DNA of 64,000 nt from Burkholderiales bacterium UBA4615 (GCA_002386465.1 DGIT01000140.1:89354-153353), one strand, 5' to 3'; positions 18,859 through 31,803 are shown, counted from the stretch's first letter. Notes: generated by a model from the sequence alone, not told the origin. Numbers and translations: made by a program.

Positions 18859-19494
18859 TCAGGGCTGCCAGTCGACGAAGTTGGCGTAGAGGCGCAGCCC
18901 GAGAGCCGCGCTTTTTTCCGGATGGAACTGGGTGGCAAAAATATTATCCCGCGCCACCGCGCAGGTAAAGCGCACACCATGCTCGGCACTGCCCACGGTG
19001 AGGGCGGTGTCAGCCGGTTGCGCATGGTAACTGTGGACGAAATAGAAGTAAGCGTCGTCGGGAATACCGGCCCACAAACGGTGCTGGCGATCCTGACGCA
19101 CCCGGTTCCAGCCCATGTGCGGCACTTTCAGGCGGCTGCCATCAGAGGCCTTCAGGCCTGGTGCAAAGCGCACCACCCGCCCCGGCATGATGCCCAGGCC
19201 CGCGCAAGGCCCCTCTTCACTCATCTCGAAAAGCATCTGTTCGCCGATGCACACACCAAACAGCGGCTTGCTGCGCGCGGCTTCCAGTACCGCTTCGCGC
19301 AGGCCGGAGGCATCAAGGTGACGCATACAATCGGGCAATGCGCCCTGCCCGGGCAAAACAATGCGGTCGGCGCGGCGCAGGACATCGGGGTCGCCCGACA
19401 CCGTCACGGTTGCGTGGGGCGCGACATGCTCCAGCGCCTTGGCGACCGAGCGCAGGTTGCCCATGCCGTAATCGACGACCAGGATCGTGGTCAT
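18859..19494 (-). CDS. hisH: Imidazole glycerol phosphate synthase glutamine amidotransferase subunit
   Basis: [19 protein letters not shown]...LPGQGA...GVCIGEQML...QFHPEKS is a class-I GATase with the HisH pattern. Confidence 0.94.
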   Translation of the reverse strand: MTTILVVDYGMGNLRSVAKALEHVAPHATVTVSGDPDVLRRADRIVLPGQGALPDCMRHLDASGLREAVLEAARSKPLFGVCIGEQMLFEMSEEGPCAGLGIMPGRVVRFAPGLKASDGSRLKVPHMGWNRVRQDRQHRLWAGIPDDAYFYFVHSYHAQPADTALTVGSAEHGVRFTCAVARDNIFATQFHPEKSAALGLRLYANFVDWQP

Positions 19495-19511
19495 GGCACT
19501 CGCCCGCGCAC

Positions 19512-20132
19512 TCAGCCCTTGAGGCTGCCCTTGGTGGACGGAATATGGCCCGCCGCCCGGGGATCCGGCTCAAGCGCCATGCGAAACGCGCGCGCAAAGG
19601 CCTTGAAGATGGTCTCGCACTGATGGTGGGCGTTGTCGCCGCGCAGGTTGTCCACATGCAGCGTGAGCTGCGCATGGTTGACGAAGCCCTGGAAAAACTC
19701 GTGGGCCAGATCGACATCGAAGCCGCCGATCATGGCCCGCGTGAAGGTCACGTTCCAGACCAGTCCGGGGCGTCCGGAAAAATCGACCACCACCCGCGAG
19801 AGTGCTTCATCCAGCGGCACATAGGCGTGTCCGTAGCGGCGAATGCCGGACTTGTCGCCGATCGCCTGCGCCACGGCCTGGCCCAGCGTGATGCCGATAT
19901 CTTCAACGGTGTGGTGCCCGTCGATGTGCAGATCGCCTTCGGCGTGAACGTCGAGATCGACCAGGCCATGGCGGGCGATCTGGTCGAGCATGTGGTCCAG
20001 AAAGGGCAGGCCGGTGGCGAGCGACTGACGCCCGGTGCCATCGAGGTTGATGCGCACCCGGATGCGGGTCTCGGCGGTATTGCGGCTGACTTCGGCGGTA
20101 CGCATGGCGGCGGCAGTGACGGAATCGCTCAT
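19512..20132 (-). CDS. hisB: Imidazoleglycerol-phosphate dehydratase
   Basis: [18 protein letters not shown]...[20 protein letters not shown]...[16 protein letters not shown]...[18 protein letters not shown]. Confidence 0.94.
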   Translation of the reverse strand: MSDSVTAAAMRTAEVSRNTAETRIRVRINLDGTGRQSLATGLPFLDHMLDQIARHGLVDLDVHAEGDLHIDGHHTVEDIGITLGQAVAQAIGDKSGIRRYGHAYVPLDEALSRVVVDFSGRPGLVWNVTFTRAMIGGFDVDLAHEFFQGFVNHAQLTLHVDNLRGDNAHHQCETIFKAFARAFRMALEPDPRAAGHIPSTKGSLKG

Positions 20133-20133
20133 G

Positions 20134-21560
20134 TTAACGGCTTCCTGAGGGCGTGCCCGTTACGTGCTGCTCGGGCTGCGCGCGCATTTCAGCGCTGCGC
20201 GCATGCGCCTGAAGCCCCTCGCCATGCGCCAGCACCGAGGCAATGGCGCCGAGCGAACGCGCCCCCTGAGCGGACACTTCGATGATGCTCGAGCGCTTCT
20301 GAAAATCGTAAACCCCCAGCGGCGACGAAAACCGCGCCGTGCGCATGGTCGGCAGCACATGGTTGGGACCGGCGCAATAGTCGCCCAGCGACTCCGAGCT
20401 GTACGGCCCCAGGAACATGGCGCCGGCATGGCGGATGCGTTCGGCCCACTGCTGCGGATCGCGCGTGGAAATTTCCAGATGTTCGGGTGCAATGCGATCG
20501 GTGATGACGCAGGCTTCTTCCAGGCTGCGCACCTTGACCAGCGCGCCACGGCCCGCAAGCGAGGCGGCAATCACATCGCGCCGCGGCATGGCCGGCAACA
20601 ACCGGTCGATGGAGGCCTGCACCGCATCGATGAAGGCGGCGTCGGGGCACAGCAGGATCGACTGGGCGAGTTCGTCGTGCTCGGCCTGCGAGAAAAGGTC
20701 CATGGCGATCCAGTCGGGATCGGTATGGCCATCGCAGATCACGAGAATTTCAGAGGGACCGGCAATCATGTCGATGCCCACCGTACCGAACACCCGCCGT
20801 TTGGCCTCGGCCACATAGGCATTGCCAGGGCCAACGATCTTGTCGACCGCAGGCACGGTTGCTGTGCCATAGGCCAGCGCCGCAACCGCCTGCGCCCCGC
20901 CGATCGTGAACACGCGATCAACGCCCGCGATGGCCGCCGCCGCCAGCACCATGGGATTGCGCACGCCATCGGGCGTGGGGCAGACCATGATCAGTTGCGG
21001 CACACCGGCCACCTTGGCCGGGATCGCGTTCATCAGCACAGAGGACGGGTACGCGGCCTTGCCGCCCGGCACATACAGGCCGACCCGTTCGATCGGACCC
21101 ACCTTTTGACCCAGACGGGTGCCGTCGGGCTCGACATAGGACCAGGACTGCGCGCGCTGATGGGCGTGATAGGTGCGCACCCGATCGGCTGCAGCCTCCA
21201 GGGCCTGACGCTGCGCAGCCGGCAACGCTGACAAGGCGGCCTGCAGGGCAGCCTGGGGTAATTCGAGGGCGGCAGGGTCGTTGACCTGCACCCGATCGAA
21301 ACGGCGCGTGTATTCGAGAACCGCTGCATCGCCCCGGGCGCGCACATCGGCAACGATGTCTGCCACGGCGCGCTCAATGGCGGCGTCTTGCGAGGCCTCC
21401 CAGGCGAGCACGGCCGACAGCTTCGCATCGAAGCCTGGCTCGGAGGAATCCAGGCGTCGCACGGCCGGAGCATGGCTGATGGCTGCCCCTGCAAGATCCG
21501 CTGTTTGCGCGGGCGCAGCGGCTGCCGACCCGGCGAGCGCCTCTGAAGCCGTGCGCGGGT

Positions 21561-21564
<4 letters not shown>
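20134..21564 (-). CDS. hisD: Histidinol dehydrogenase
   Basis: [27 protein letters not shown]...SQAEHDE...HLE...[16 protein letters not shown] 21564 overlaps the hisG stop (ATGA). The N-terminal roughly 35 aa is a low-complexity extension. Confidence 0.92.
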
Positions 21565-23741
<2,177 letters not shown>

Positions 23742-23765
23742 GGGTACCGAGGAGTGCCGAGAGGG

Positions 23766-24521
23766 TCAGTGACGGATTCGCCATCCGGTATGCAGCATGC
23801 GCAAGGCAATCCCTCCCACCAGAACCAGCGTGGCTGACACGATCGCCAGGCTCAAGACGGGCGCAACGTCCGATTGCCCGAAAAACCCGTAGCGAAACCC
23901 GTCGACCATGTAGAAGAAGGGATTGAAATGCGAAACCGCCTGCCAGAACGGCGGCAGCGAATGCACGGAGTAGAAGACCCCGGCCAGAAAGGTGGCCGGC
24001 ATGATGAGGAAGTTCTGGAACATGGCGACCTGATCAAACTTTTCCGACCAGATGCCTGCAATCAGCCCCATTGTACCGAGAATGGCACTGCCCAGGACGG
24101 CAAACACCAGGATCCAGCCGGGTGCGGCCAGCTGCGGCGGCGACAGCCAGGCGGTCACTGCAAAGACCCCCGCCCCCACCATCAGACCGCGCACCACGGC
24201 TGCCAGCACATAGGCCCCGAAGATCTCCAGCGTGGACAGCGGCGGCAACAGCACAAAGACCAGATTGCCGGTTACCTTGGATTGCACCAGCGATGACGAT
24301 GCGTTGGCGAAGGCGTTTTGCAGGACCGACATCATGACCAGGCCTGGGATCAGGAACGCCACATAAGGCACCCCTGGGAAGACCTGGACATGCGAGGCCA
24401 GGGCCTGCGAAAACACCAGCAGATAGAGCATCGTGGTCAGGACCGGTGCTGCCACGGTCTGCACGGCCACCTTCCAGAAGCGCAGGATTTCCTTGCGCAG
24501 CAGCGTCAGAAAGCCGGTCAT
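23766..24521 (-). CDS. ABC-2 type transporter permease (YadH-like)
   Basis: Six predicted TM helices and an ABC-2 signature region (FNPFFYMVDGFRYGFFG). Its start overlaps the stop of the upstream ATPase gene by 4 nt. Confidence 0.85.
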   Translation of the reverse strand: MTGFLTLLRKEILRFWKVAVQTVAAPVLTTMLYLLVFSQALASHVQVFPGVPYVAFLIPGLVMMSVLQNAFANASSSLVQSKVTGNLVFVLLPPLSTLEIFGAYVLAAVVRGLMVGAGVFAVTAWLSPPQLAAPGWILVFAVLGSAILGTMGLIAGIWSEKFDQVAMFQNFLIMPATFLAGVFYSVHSLPPFWQAVSHFNPFFYMVDGFRYGFFGQSDVAPVLSLAIVSATLVLVGGIALRMLHTGWRIRH

Positions 24522-25456
24522 GAGGCTGATGCGCCGGACGCGTTAGGCGTGTTGGGCGTGTTCATGATCTTCACGAACACGTCTTCCAGGTCGGTGTGGG
24601 CCAGGTCCATTTCCTCGATGCGACACCCGGCTTCACGCAGACGCGCCAGCAGCGGCTCGAGTTGCTGCCAGTCATCCACCCGCAGCGCGATCCGCCCGTC
24701 AGGCTGGGCATCGCCGCTGACCAGCGCGGCCAGGGAATCGGGCAGGGGCGCGCCCGACAGACGCACCGACACCTGACCGCCTCCGAATCGGCCCACCAGA
24801 TTAGCGGTACGGTCCAGCGCCACCACTTCGCCAGCCTTGAGCATGGCAATGCGCCCGCACAGCTCCTGCGCTTCCTCGAGGTAATGTGTGGTGAGCACAA
24901 TGGTGTGGCCGTCGCGATGCAGCCGCTTGATGAAGTGCCACAGCGTCTGGCGCAACTCGACATCGACACCCGCCGTGGGCTCGTCCAGCACGATGACCGG
25001 GGGGCGGTGGACCAGCGCCTGGGCCACCAGCACGCGGCGCTTCATGCCGCCCGAGAGCGAGCGCATGTTGGCGTTGGCTTTGAAGGTGAGCTGCAGGTTC
25101 TCGAGGATCTCGTCGATCCAGTCGTCGTTGTGGCGCAGCCCGTAGTAGCCCGAGGTGAGGCGCAGGGTTTCACGCACCGTGAAGAACGGGTCGAAGACCA
25201 GCTCCTGGGGCACCACACCCAGCGCCTGGCGGGCCTGGCGGTAGTCGGTGACCACGTCGTGGCCCATGACCCGCACGCTGCCCGAAGTGGCGCGATTCAG
25301 GCCGGCCACCACTGAAATCAGCGAGGTCTTGCCAGCGCCGTTGGGTCCGAGCAAGCCGAAAAACTCGCCGGCCTCGATGCGCAGACTCACACCGCGCAGG
25401 GCCTCGAAGCTGCCGTAGCGCTTGCGGACCGAATCGATATCAATGGCGGCGGGCAT
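24518..25456 (-). CDS. ABC transporter ATP-binding protein (YadG-like)
   Basis: Walker A GPNGAGKTS, signature LSGGMKRR, Walker B VIVLDEPTAGVD and an H-loop (TTHYLEEA). Confidence 0.9.
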   Translation of the reverse strand: MPAAIDIDSVRKRYGSFEALRGVSLRIEAGEFFGLLGPNGAGKTSLISVVAGLNRATSGSVRVMGHDVVTDYRQARQALGVVPQELVFDPFFTVRETLRLTSGYYGLRHNDDWIDEILENLQLTFKANANMRSLSGGMKRRVLVAQALVHRPPVIVLDEPTAGVDVELRQTLWHFIKRLHRDGHTIVLTTHYLEEAQELCGRIAMLKAGEVVALDRTANLVGRFGGGQVSVRLSGAPLPDSLAALVSGDAQPDGRIALRVDDWQQLEPLLARLREAGCRIEEMDLAHTDLEDVFVKIMNTPNTPNASGASAS

Positions 25457-25464
25457 GGGTCTCT

Positions 25465-25746
25465 TCAGGCATTCGGCCCGAAGAGCAGGGTCTCCACGCC
25501 GTACAAACCCGCCAGTTTACGCAAGTTGGGGGGCACGCCCTTGAACGCGGGGCCGTGCGGCGCCTCGCGGCGCAGTGCGATCAGTACGGCCACCGCCGTT
25601 GAGTCGAAGTGAGTAAGACCGGAGAGGTCGATTTCGGGACCGGCGCTGGCGGCCGCGCGGCGCGCCTGAGCCAGCGCCTCGTTGGCCTCATCGAAGGTGA
25701 TGCGCGCAGGGAAAGCGGTGTCTGACAAACGGGGCCCGATGCTCAA
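25465..25746 (-). CDS. mlaB: STAS-domain protein MlaB (start TTG inferred)
   Basis: ITFDEANEAL...IDLSGLTHFDSTAVAVLIALRREA is STAS/anti-sigma-antagonist-like. TTG 25746 overlaps the mlaC stop (TTGA) and gives about 93 aa. The longer ORF to 25863 overlaps mlaC. Confidence 0.7.
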   Translation of the reverse strand: MSIGPRLSDTAFPARITFDEANEALAQARRAAASAGPEIDLSGLTHFDSTAVAVLIALRREAPHGPAFKGVPPNLRKLAGLYGVETLLFGPNA

Positions 25747-26414
25747 TTGGCCTTGGCCTGCGTGAACTTGCGATTGCGCTCGGCGAGCGCCTGGATGAGG
25801 CCATCCATGCCCCGCGCATTCAGCTCCTGCGAGAACTGACCGCGATACGCCTCGATCAGCCAAACGCCCATCACATTGAAGTCAAAAATCTTCCAGCCGC
25901 TGGTCGACTTCTCGACCCGGTAACTGATCTCGATCGGCTCGCCACGGTTGGAGACGATTTCGGAGCGCACCACATACTCGCCCTGCTCGCCCTGCCCACG
26001 CATGGGTTTGATGCGCAGCTGCTGGTCCTTCACCGAAGCCACCGCTCCGGCATAGGTCCTCACCAGCACAGTCCTGAACTCCGCCATCAGCTGGCGCTGC
26101 TGCTGCGGCGTGGCCTGGCGCCAGTGGCGCCCGGTCGCCAGGGCGGTCATACGCTCGAAATCGACATTCGGCATGACGGTTTCATCGACGAACTTGAGGA
26201 TGCCCTGAACGTCGCCGGCCTTGAGCTGCGGGTCTTCCCGGATGCGATCGAGGATGCTGTTGCCAAGCAGCCGGATGAATTCATCCGGGGTGGCTGCGGC
26301 ACCGGGGGCGGCGGACGTTGCCTGGCTCTGCGCCTGCGCGGCCCCGATACCTGCAGCCAGCGCCAGCCAGGCTGTCAGCAGCACAGAGAGCAGCGTGGTA
26401 AGGAAACGATTCAT
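25743..26414 (-). CDS. mlaC: Phospholipid-binding periplasmic protein MlaC (Ttg2D family)
   Basis: Signal peptide MNRFLTTLLSVLLTAWLALAAGIGAAQA, with V.P.VDFERMT..A.GRHWRQATP.QQ..L..EF and WKI.D...G. Confidence 0.88.
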   Translation of the reverse strand: MNRFLTTLLSVLLTAWLALAAGIGAAQAQSQATSAAPGAAATPDEFIRLLGNSILDRIREDPQLKAGDVQGILKFVDETVMPNVDFERMTALATGRHWRQATPQQQRQLMAEFRTVLVRTYAGAVASVKDQQLRIKPMRGQGEQGEYVVRSEIVSNRGEPIEISYRVEKSTSGWKIFDFNVMGVWLIEAYRGQFSQELNARGMDGLIQALAERNRKFTQAKAN

Positions 26415-26433
26415 GTGCGTGTCCAGTCCCGAA

Positions 26434-27510
26434 TCAGTCGTCGGAGGGCGGGTCACCATCGTAGATCAGGCTGCCACGTCGTTGCAGGTAACCATTTCGA
26501 ATGAGCAGGTACGGATCGAAAGCCTCATCCAGAAACTGCTGCGCGGGCAGGGCACGAACGCGTTGTTGCAGAAATTCAAGGGAGGCCAGGCTGTATCGCA
26601 CTTGCGTGTTCTTGAAGCGTGCCAGCAGTGCGCCGAACACATCCACCGCGAATCCGACGGTATCGCGCACGGTGGACGGCCCGAACAGGGGCAGCATGAC
26701 GTACGGACCGGGCGGCATGCCCCAGACACCCAGGGTCTGGCCGAAGTCCTCCCGGTGCTTCTCCAGACCCAGCTCAGTGGCCGGATCGGCAATGCCCAGC
26801 ACCCCGACCGTTGTGTTGACTGCGAACCGCGCCAGGTCGGAGGCTGCATCGAGGGGCTTGCCCTGCAGCAGGCTGTTGGCCGCGATGTAGGGGTCCAGAA
26901 GGTTGGACATCATGTTGCGCAGACCCGTCTGCACCGGCTGCGGCACATGACGCTCATAGGCGCGAGCGACCGGCAGCACGAGCGCCTCATCCAGCGCCAT
27001 GTTGACCGCGAAGATCTGCCGGTTGATCCGCTCGAACGGGTCACGCGGATCGGGGGTGTCATCGGCATCGCGCGCGGCGTCCGAATCGGCTGCGAGCGCT
27101 GGCGCCGGCGTAGCACGGTCCTCGGAAGCCGGGGAAGCCGCGGAAGCCGGTGCGGCTGGTGCCACGGGTGCGGCATCGGGTGCAGGGCGAGCCGGATCCC
27201 CCGCCTGTGCGGTGACGATCGCTATCGAATCGGCCGTGTCGGACGCTGAAAGCTCCGGGGCCGACGCAATGGATCCGATGGACGTCTCAGCACTGGACGA
27301 AACCACCGCGGCTGGCGTCACCTCGGTCGAGTCCGCAACGGACGTGGTCAGCTCGACGGGCGGCTCGATCGTTGGCGCTGCAAGGCTAGCCGAGGCCGCA
27401 AACGCCTGAGCACTGAGCGCCACTGCAAGCACACCGACGGCGACGCGCCCCCACTTGAGGGTCCATCGCAACCACAGCTGATCAGGTCCGAGCCTCACGA
27501 CGGGTGTCAA
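26434..27510 (-). CDS. mlaA: MlaA/VacJ-family protein with long low-complexity N-terminal linker
   Basis: VacJ core DPFERINRQIFAVNMALDEALVLPVARAYERHVPQPVQTGLRNMMSNL...LGPYVMLPLFGPSTVRD. The TTG start overlaps the mlaD stop. Confidence 0.85.
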   Translation of the reverse strand: MTPVVRLGPDQLWLRWTLKWGRVAVGVLAVALSAQAFAASASLAAPTIEPPVELTTSVADSTEVTPAAVVSSSAETSIGSIASAPELSASDTADSIAIVTAQAGDPARPAPDAAPVAPAAPASAASPASEDRATPAPALAADSDAARDADDTPDPRDPFERINRQIFAVNMALDEALVLPVARAYERHVPQPVQTGLRNMMSNLLDPYIAANSLLQGKPLDAASDLARFAVNTTVGVLGIADPATELGLEKHREDFGQTLGVWGMPPGPYVMLPLFGPSTVRDTVGFAVDVFGALLARFKNTQVRYSLASLEFLQQRVRALPAQQFLDEAFDPYLLIRNGYLQRRGSLIYDGDPPSDD

Positions 27511-28001
27511 GGTTTCGATCCCTCCGATGCCTTGTCGCCGCTTTCAGCCGCCTTGTTGAACAGAAACTGGCTGATCAGATTTTCAAGCACGACCGCCGAC
27601 TGGGTCATGCGGATGGTTTCCCCCGCGCCGACCATCTTTTCATCGCCGCCAGCCTCCAGGCCGATGTACTGCTCGCCCAGCAAGCCTGAGGTGAGGATCT
27701 TGGCTGAAGAATCCTTGGGAAAGCGGTAGCGCTCATCAAGCGACAGGATCACGAGCGCCTGATAGGACTTATCGTCGAAACTAATGGATGTCACCCGTCC
27801 CACCACCACACCCGCACTTTTCACGGGCGCACGCACCTTCAGTCCGCCGATGTTGTCAAAGCGTGCCCGTGCCTCATAGGTGGCGCCCCCGCCCCAGACG
27901 CTGCCCAGGTTGGCCGCCTTGAGCGCCAGAAACAGCAGCGCGGCCAGCCCCAGCAGCACGAAGCCGCCCACCATCACATCGATCGATCGTCGCGAGTTCA
28001 T
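27507..28001 (-). CDS. mlaD: MCE-domain protein MlaD
   Basis: N-terminal TM helix (VGGFVLLGLAALLFLAL) followed by an MCE domain (ARFDNIGGLKVRAPVKSAGVVVGRV). Confidence 0.9.
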   Translation of the reverse strand: MNSRRSIDVMVGGFVLLGLAALLFLALKAANLGSVWGGGATYEARARFDNIGGLKVRAPVKSAGVVVGRVTSISFDDKSYQALVILSLDERYRFPKDSSAKILTSGLLGEQYIGLEAGGDEKMVGAGETIRMTQSAVVLENLISQFLFNKAAESGDKASEGSKP

Positions 28002-28038
28002 TGTTGAAGCGTCCAGGAAAGCATGCGGTGAGGTCCGG

Positions 28039-28821
28039 TCAGGAGGTGCCGAACATCAGCGCGGTGAGGATGAAATCGAAGCCCAGCACCGCCAGGGAGG
28101 ACACCACGACCGTGGTCGTCGTGGCGCCCGACACCCCTTCGGGCGTGGGCTTGGACTCGTGGCCGACATACAGTGCAATGAAGGCACAGATGAGGCCGAA
28201 CACCGCGCTCTTGATCACGCCGTTGGCCACATCCTTCCAGACATCGACTCCTGATTGCATCTGCGACCAGAAGGCCCCCGCGTCAACGCCGATCAGCAGC
28301 ACACCCACTCCCCATCCGCCCAGAATGCCGACCGCAGAAAAGATGGCAGCCAGCAGCGGCATGACCAGCAAGGCCGCGCAAAAACGCGGAGCAAGGATAC
28401 GCGCCACCGGGTCGACCGCCATCATTTCCATCGCGGCCAGCTGTTCGCCGGCCTTCATGAGACCGATCTCTGCCGTGAGCGAGGTGCCTGCGCGCCCGGC
28501 AAAGAGCAGCGCCGACACCACCGGCCCCAGTTCACGCACCAGAGAGAGTGCCACCAGCAAGCCCAGAGCCTCGGCCGATCCGTAGCGCTGCAAGGTGTAG
28601 TAGCCCTGTAGCCCGAGTACGAAGCCCACGAAAAGACCCGAGACCGCGATGATCGACAAGGACCGATTGCCGATGATGTGGATTTGCTCCAGCACCAGCC
28701 CGGGGCGCAGCAGCGCAGCCGGTAGTGCGGCGCACAGTCTGACGAAAAAGCGCGCAGCATGGCCCAGTTGCGCCACGACTGCGATGACGCGGGCGCCCAG
28801 GGCTTCCAGCAATGCCGTCAT
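28039..28821 (-). CDS. mlaE: Phospholipid ABC transporter permease MlaE
   Basis: Multi-pass membrane protein with LVRELGPVVSALLFAGRAGTSLTAEIGLMKAGEQL.AMEMMAVDP, the MlaE signature. Confidence 0.92.
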   Translation of the reverse strand: MTALLEALGARVIAVVAQLGHAARFFVRLCAALPAALLRPGLVLEQIHIIGNRSLSIIAVSGLFVGFVLGLQGYYTLQRYGSAEALGLLVALSLVRELGPVVSALLFAGRAGTSLTAEIGLMKAGEQLAAMEMMAVDPVARILAPRFCAALLVMPLLAAIFSAVGILGGWGVGVLLIGVDAGAFWSQMQSGVDVWKDVANGVIKSAVFGLICAFIALYVGHESKPTPEGVSGATTTTVVVSSLAVLGFDFILTALMFGTS

Positions 28822-29627
28822 GGGTCCAGCCCCAGGTCAGCGGCCATGGGTGGTGCCGGTTGGTGAAACCGCACCGGGCCATCCTTGGCACCACTGAAAA
28901 ATTGAGTCACAAAGGGATCGCCGGCGGACCGCAATGCATCCGGCGTGCCACTGGCCATGATGCGCCCCTCGGCCAGCAGGTAAATCCGATCGGCAATGGC
29001 CAGGGTCTCGGGGACATCATGGGTCACCACGATGCTCGTGGCACCCAGAGCATCGTTCAGTGCGCGGATCAGATGCGCGATCGTGCCGCGTGAAATAGGA
29101 TCCAGCCCCGCAAACGGCTCGTCGTAGATCAGCAAGGGCGGATCCAGGGCAGTGGCCCGTGCAAGCGCCACCCGACGCGCCATCCCACCCGAAATCTGCG
29201 CCGGCGTCTGAGCCGCTGCGCCGCGCAGGCCCACCGCATCCAGTTTCATGAGGACCAGATCGCGGATCATGGTCGGCGACAGGCGGGTGTGTTCACGCAA
29301 CGGAAACGCGACGTTATCGAAGACTGACAGGTCGGTAAACAGCGCGCCATGCTGAAAGAGCATGCCCATGCGACGCCGGATGCGATACAGACCTGCGCGA
29401 TCCAGTGCCGCGACCTCCTCGCCATCGAACTGCACGCGCCCCGAATCGGGGCGCAGCTGTCCGCCCAGCAAACGCAGCACCGTGGTCTTGCCCGAACCCG
29501 AGCCACCCATGAGCGCCACCACCTCGCCACGATGCGCATGCAGACTCAAGTCGCGCAGCAACTTGCGGCCGTTGTAGCCGAAGTCGAGCGACTCGATCGA
29601 GAGGAAGGGGGTCGGGGATAGGGGCAC
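28818..29627 (-). CDS. mlaF: Phospholipid ABC transporter ATP-binding protein MlaF
   Basis: Walker A GGSGSGKTT, signature ISGGMARRVALARA, Walker B LLIYDEPFAGLDP. GTG 29627 gives an E. coli-like N-terminal length. The ORF track uses TTG at 29687. Confidence 0.88.
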   Translation of the reverse strand: MPLSPTPFLSIESLDFGYNGRKLLRDLSLHAHRGEVVALMGGSGSGKTTVLRLLGGQLRPDSGRVQFDGEEVAALDRAGLYRIRRRMGMLFQHGALFTDLSVFDNVAFPLREHTRLSPTMIRDLVLMKLDAVGLRGAAAQTPAQISGGMARRVALARATALDPPLLIYDEPFAGLDPISRGTIAHLIRALNDALGATSIVVTHDVPETLAIADRIYLLAEGRIMASGTPDALRSAGDPFVTQFFSGAKDGPVRFHQPAPPMAADLGLDP

Positions 29628-29741
29628 GATGCGAGCGTTGAGGCGAGGCGATGCAGTGCGCACCGAAACCGCGCAGCAGTGTATCAAGGTCGAGGATCAG
29701 TGATTTCTGATGGACCCGGCGTCGTTGAGGCCACGCACTGA

Positions 29742-31745
29742 TCAGGCGCGACGACGGACCAGCCGATCCTCCGCCGCATGGACCTGCTCCACCGTCCCCA
29801 CCAGTACCAGCGTATCGCCGGCCTGCAGGCGCAGATCGGATGGCCACTGCAGGCGCCTGCGGCCATCCTGCACCAGAGCGCTGATGTCGCACCCCTCGAG
29901 CGGAAGACTAGAGAGCTCCCGGCCCACGGCCGCAGACCCCGGGGGAATGGTCACGGCATGCAACCTGCGGTGATCCGCCTCGATGGTTTCGACCTCATGG
30001 TCATCAGCCCCGTGAAAATAGCTGCGCAGCAGGCTGTAGCGGTCTTCGCGGATCGAACGGATGCGGCGCAACACCCGCGCCAGCGGCGCGCCTGCGAGTG
30101 CCAGCGCATGGGACGCCAGCATCAGGCTACCCTCGACCACCTCGGGCACCACTTCCGTCGCGCCGGCCTGACGCAGCCGCTCGAGCTCGGCATCGGTCGC
30201 TGTGCGCACCACCACTGGCAACTGTGGCGCCAGCTCGCGCACGACCTTGAGCAGACGCACCGTGGTGGGCGTGTCGTCGTAGGTCACCACCAGGACGGAC
30301 GCCCGGTGCAAGCCGGCAGCCAGCAAGGTCTCACGGCGCGTGGCATCGCCCAGTACGACCGATTCGCCGGCGGTGGCCGCTTCGCGCACCCGGTCGGCGT
30401 CCAGGTCGAGGGCGACGAAAGGCACCGACTCGGCCTCCAGCACGTGGGCCAGACTCTGGCCGCTGCGCCCATAGCCGCAGATGATGATGTGCTTGTCACG
30501 CGACAGGCTGCGCGCGGCAATGGTCTGCAGCTGCAGCGATCGCATCAGCCATTCCTGACCCGATGCGCGCAGCGCCAGCCAGTCGGCGCGCGCGATCAGC
30601 CAGGGGCTGGCCAGCATGGAGATCAGCATCGCCGCCATGATCGGTTGCAGCAGGTCCCGGTCAATGAGCCTTGAATCACCTGCCAGTGTGAGCAAAATGA
30701 AGGCAAACTCGCCGCCTTGCGTCAGCCAGACCGCCGTGCGAATGGCCGTAGGCGCCGGGTCGCGCATGATCCAGCACACCGCCGCCACGATCCCGAATTT
30801 GATGAGTACCGGCACCAGCGTGAGTGCCAACACCGTGGGCCAGGCATCAAGCACCACGGCCAGGTCCAGGCGCATGCCGATCGTGATGAAAAAGATGCCA
30901 AGCAGGATGTCGCGAAACGGCTTGATGTCTTCTTCAACCTGATAGCGATATTCGGTCTCGGAGATCAGCATGCCAGCGACAAAGGCGCCCAGTTCCATCG
31001 ACAGGCCGGCACGCTTGGTGAGCCAGGCGAGCAGCAGCGCCACCAGCAGAATGTTGAGCGTGAACAGTTCATGCGAGCGCTGACGCGCCACCTGCATGAA
31101 CCAGCCCTGCATCAGCGTCGGGCCGAAGCGCAGCAGCACCACGAGCAGCACGGCCGCCTTGGCGAGCGCCCAACCGATCGAGATCACCCAGTGCTCATCG
31201 CCGCCGCCAAGCGCCGGAATCACAATGAGCAAAGGGATGAGCGCGAGGTCCTGAAAGAGCAGCACCGCGAACACCCGCCGGCCGTGCTCGGTTTCCAGCT
31301 CATGGCGCTCGCTCAGCAGCTTGCTGACCAATGCCGTCGAAGACATGGCCAGCGCACTGCCCAGAGCCAACCCGCCTCGCCAGTCGAGCCCTGCGGGCGC
31401 GAGCCCCGACAGCCAGGCCGTGGGCATCAGAACCACCGCTGCCATGACCGCCAGAATGGTGAGCACCACCTGCGCCGAGCCGTGTCCGAACACGAAGCGG
31501 CGCATGGCCCGCAGTTTGGTGAGATTGAACTCCAGCCCGAGCGTGAACATCAGGAACACCACGCCCAGTTCAGCGAGCGTGTGCATGGCCGCGCCATCGC
31601 CAGAAACCACCGAGGCGAACGGCCCGAGCACCACTCCAACCAGCAGATAGGCCACCAGCGGGGGCATGCCGAGACGGCGCAGCAGCAGCACCGACACGAT
31701 GCTGGCCGCAAGCAGCAGCAGGGTGACTTCAAGGGCCGAAAGCAT
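29742..31745 (-). CDS. Monovalent cation:proton antiporter-2 (CPA2, KefB/YbaL-like) with TrkA-N and TrkA-C domains
   Basis: About 12 TM helices of a Na+/H+ exchanger domain, then the Rossmann motif IIICGYGRSGQ (TrkA-N) and a C-terminal RCK_C-like segment. Confidence 0.88.
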   Translation of the reverse strand: MLSALEVTLLLLAASIVSVLLLRRLGMPPLVAYLLVGVVLGPFASVVSGDGAAMHTLAELGVVFLMFTLGLEFNLTKLRAMRRFVFGHGSAQVVLTILAVMAAVVLMPTAWLSGLAPAGLDWRGGLALGSALAMSSTALVSKLLSERHELETEHGRRVFAVLLFQDLALIPLLIVIPALGGGDEHWVISIGWALAKAAVLLVVLLRFGPTLMQGWFMQVARQRSHELFTLNILLVALLLAWLTKRAGLSMELGAFVAGMLISETEYRYQVEEDIKPFRDILLGIFFITIGMRLDLAVVLDAWPTVLALTLVPVLIKFGIVAAVCWIMRDPAPTAIRTAVWLTQGGEFAFILLTLAGDSRLIDRDLLQPIMAAMLISMLASPWLIARADWLALRASGQEWLMRSLQLQTIAARSLSRDKHIIICGYGRSGQSLAHVLEAESVPFVALDLDADRVREAATAGESVVLGDATRRETLLAAGLHRASVLVVTYDDTPTTVRLLKVVRELAPQLPVVVRTATDAELERLRQAGATEVVPEVVEGSLMLASHALALAGAPLARVLRRIRSIREDRYSLLRSYFHGADDHEVETIEADHRRLHAVTIPPGSAAVGRELSSLPLEGCDISALVQDGRRRLQWPSDLRLQAGDTLVLVGTVEQVHAAEDRLVRRRA

Positions 31746-31803
31746 GAGGGGCGGTGTCCTGGGGGCGGGCAGGCAGCGTCGGGGGCGGCGCTATACTCAT
31801 CTG

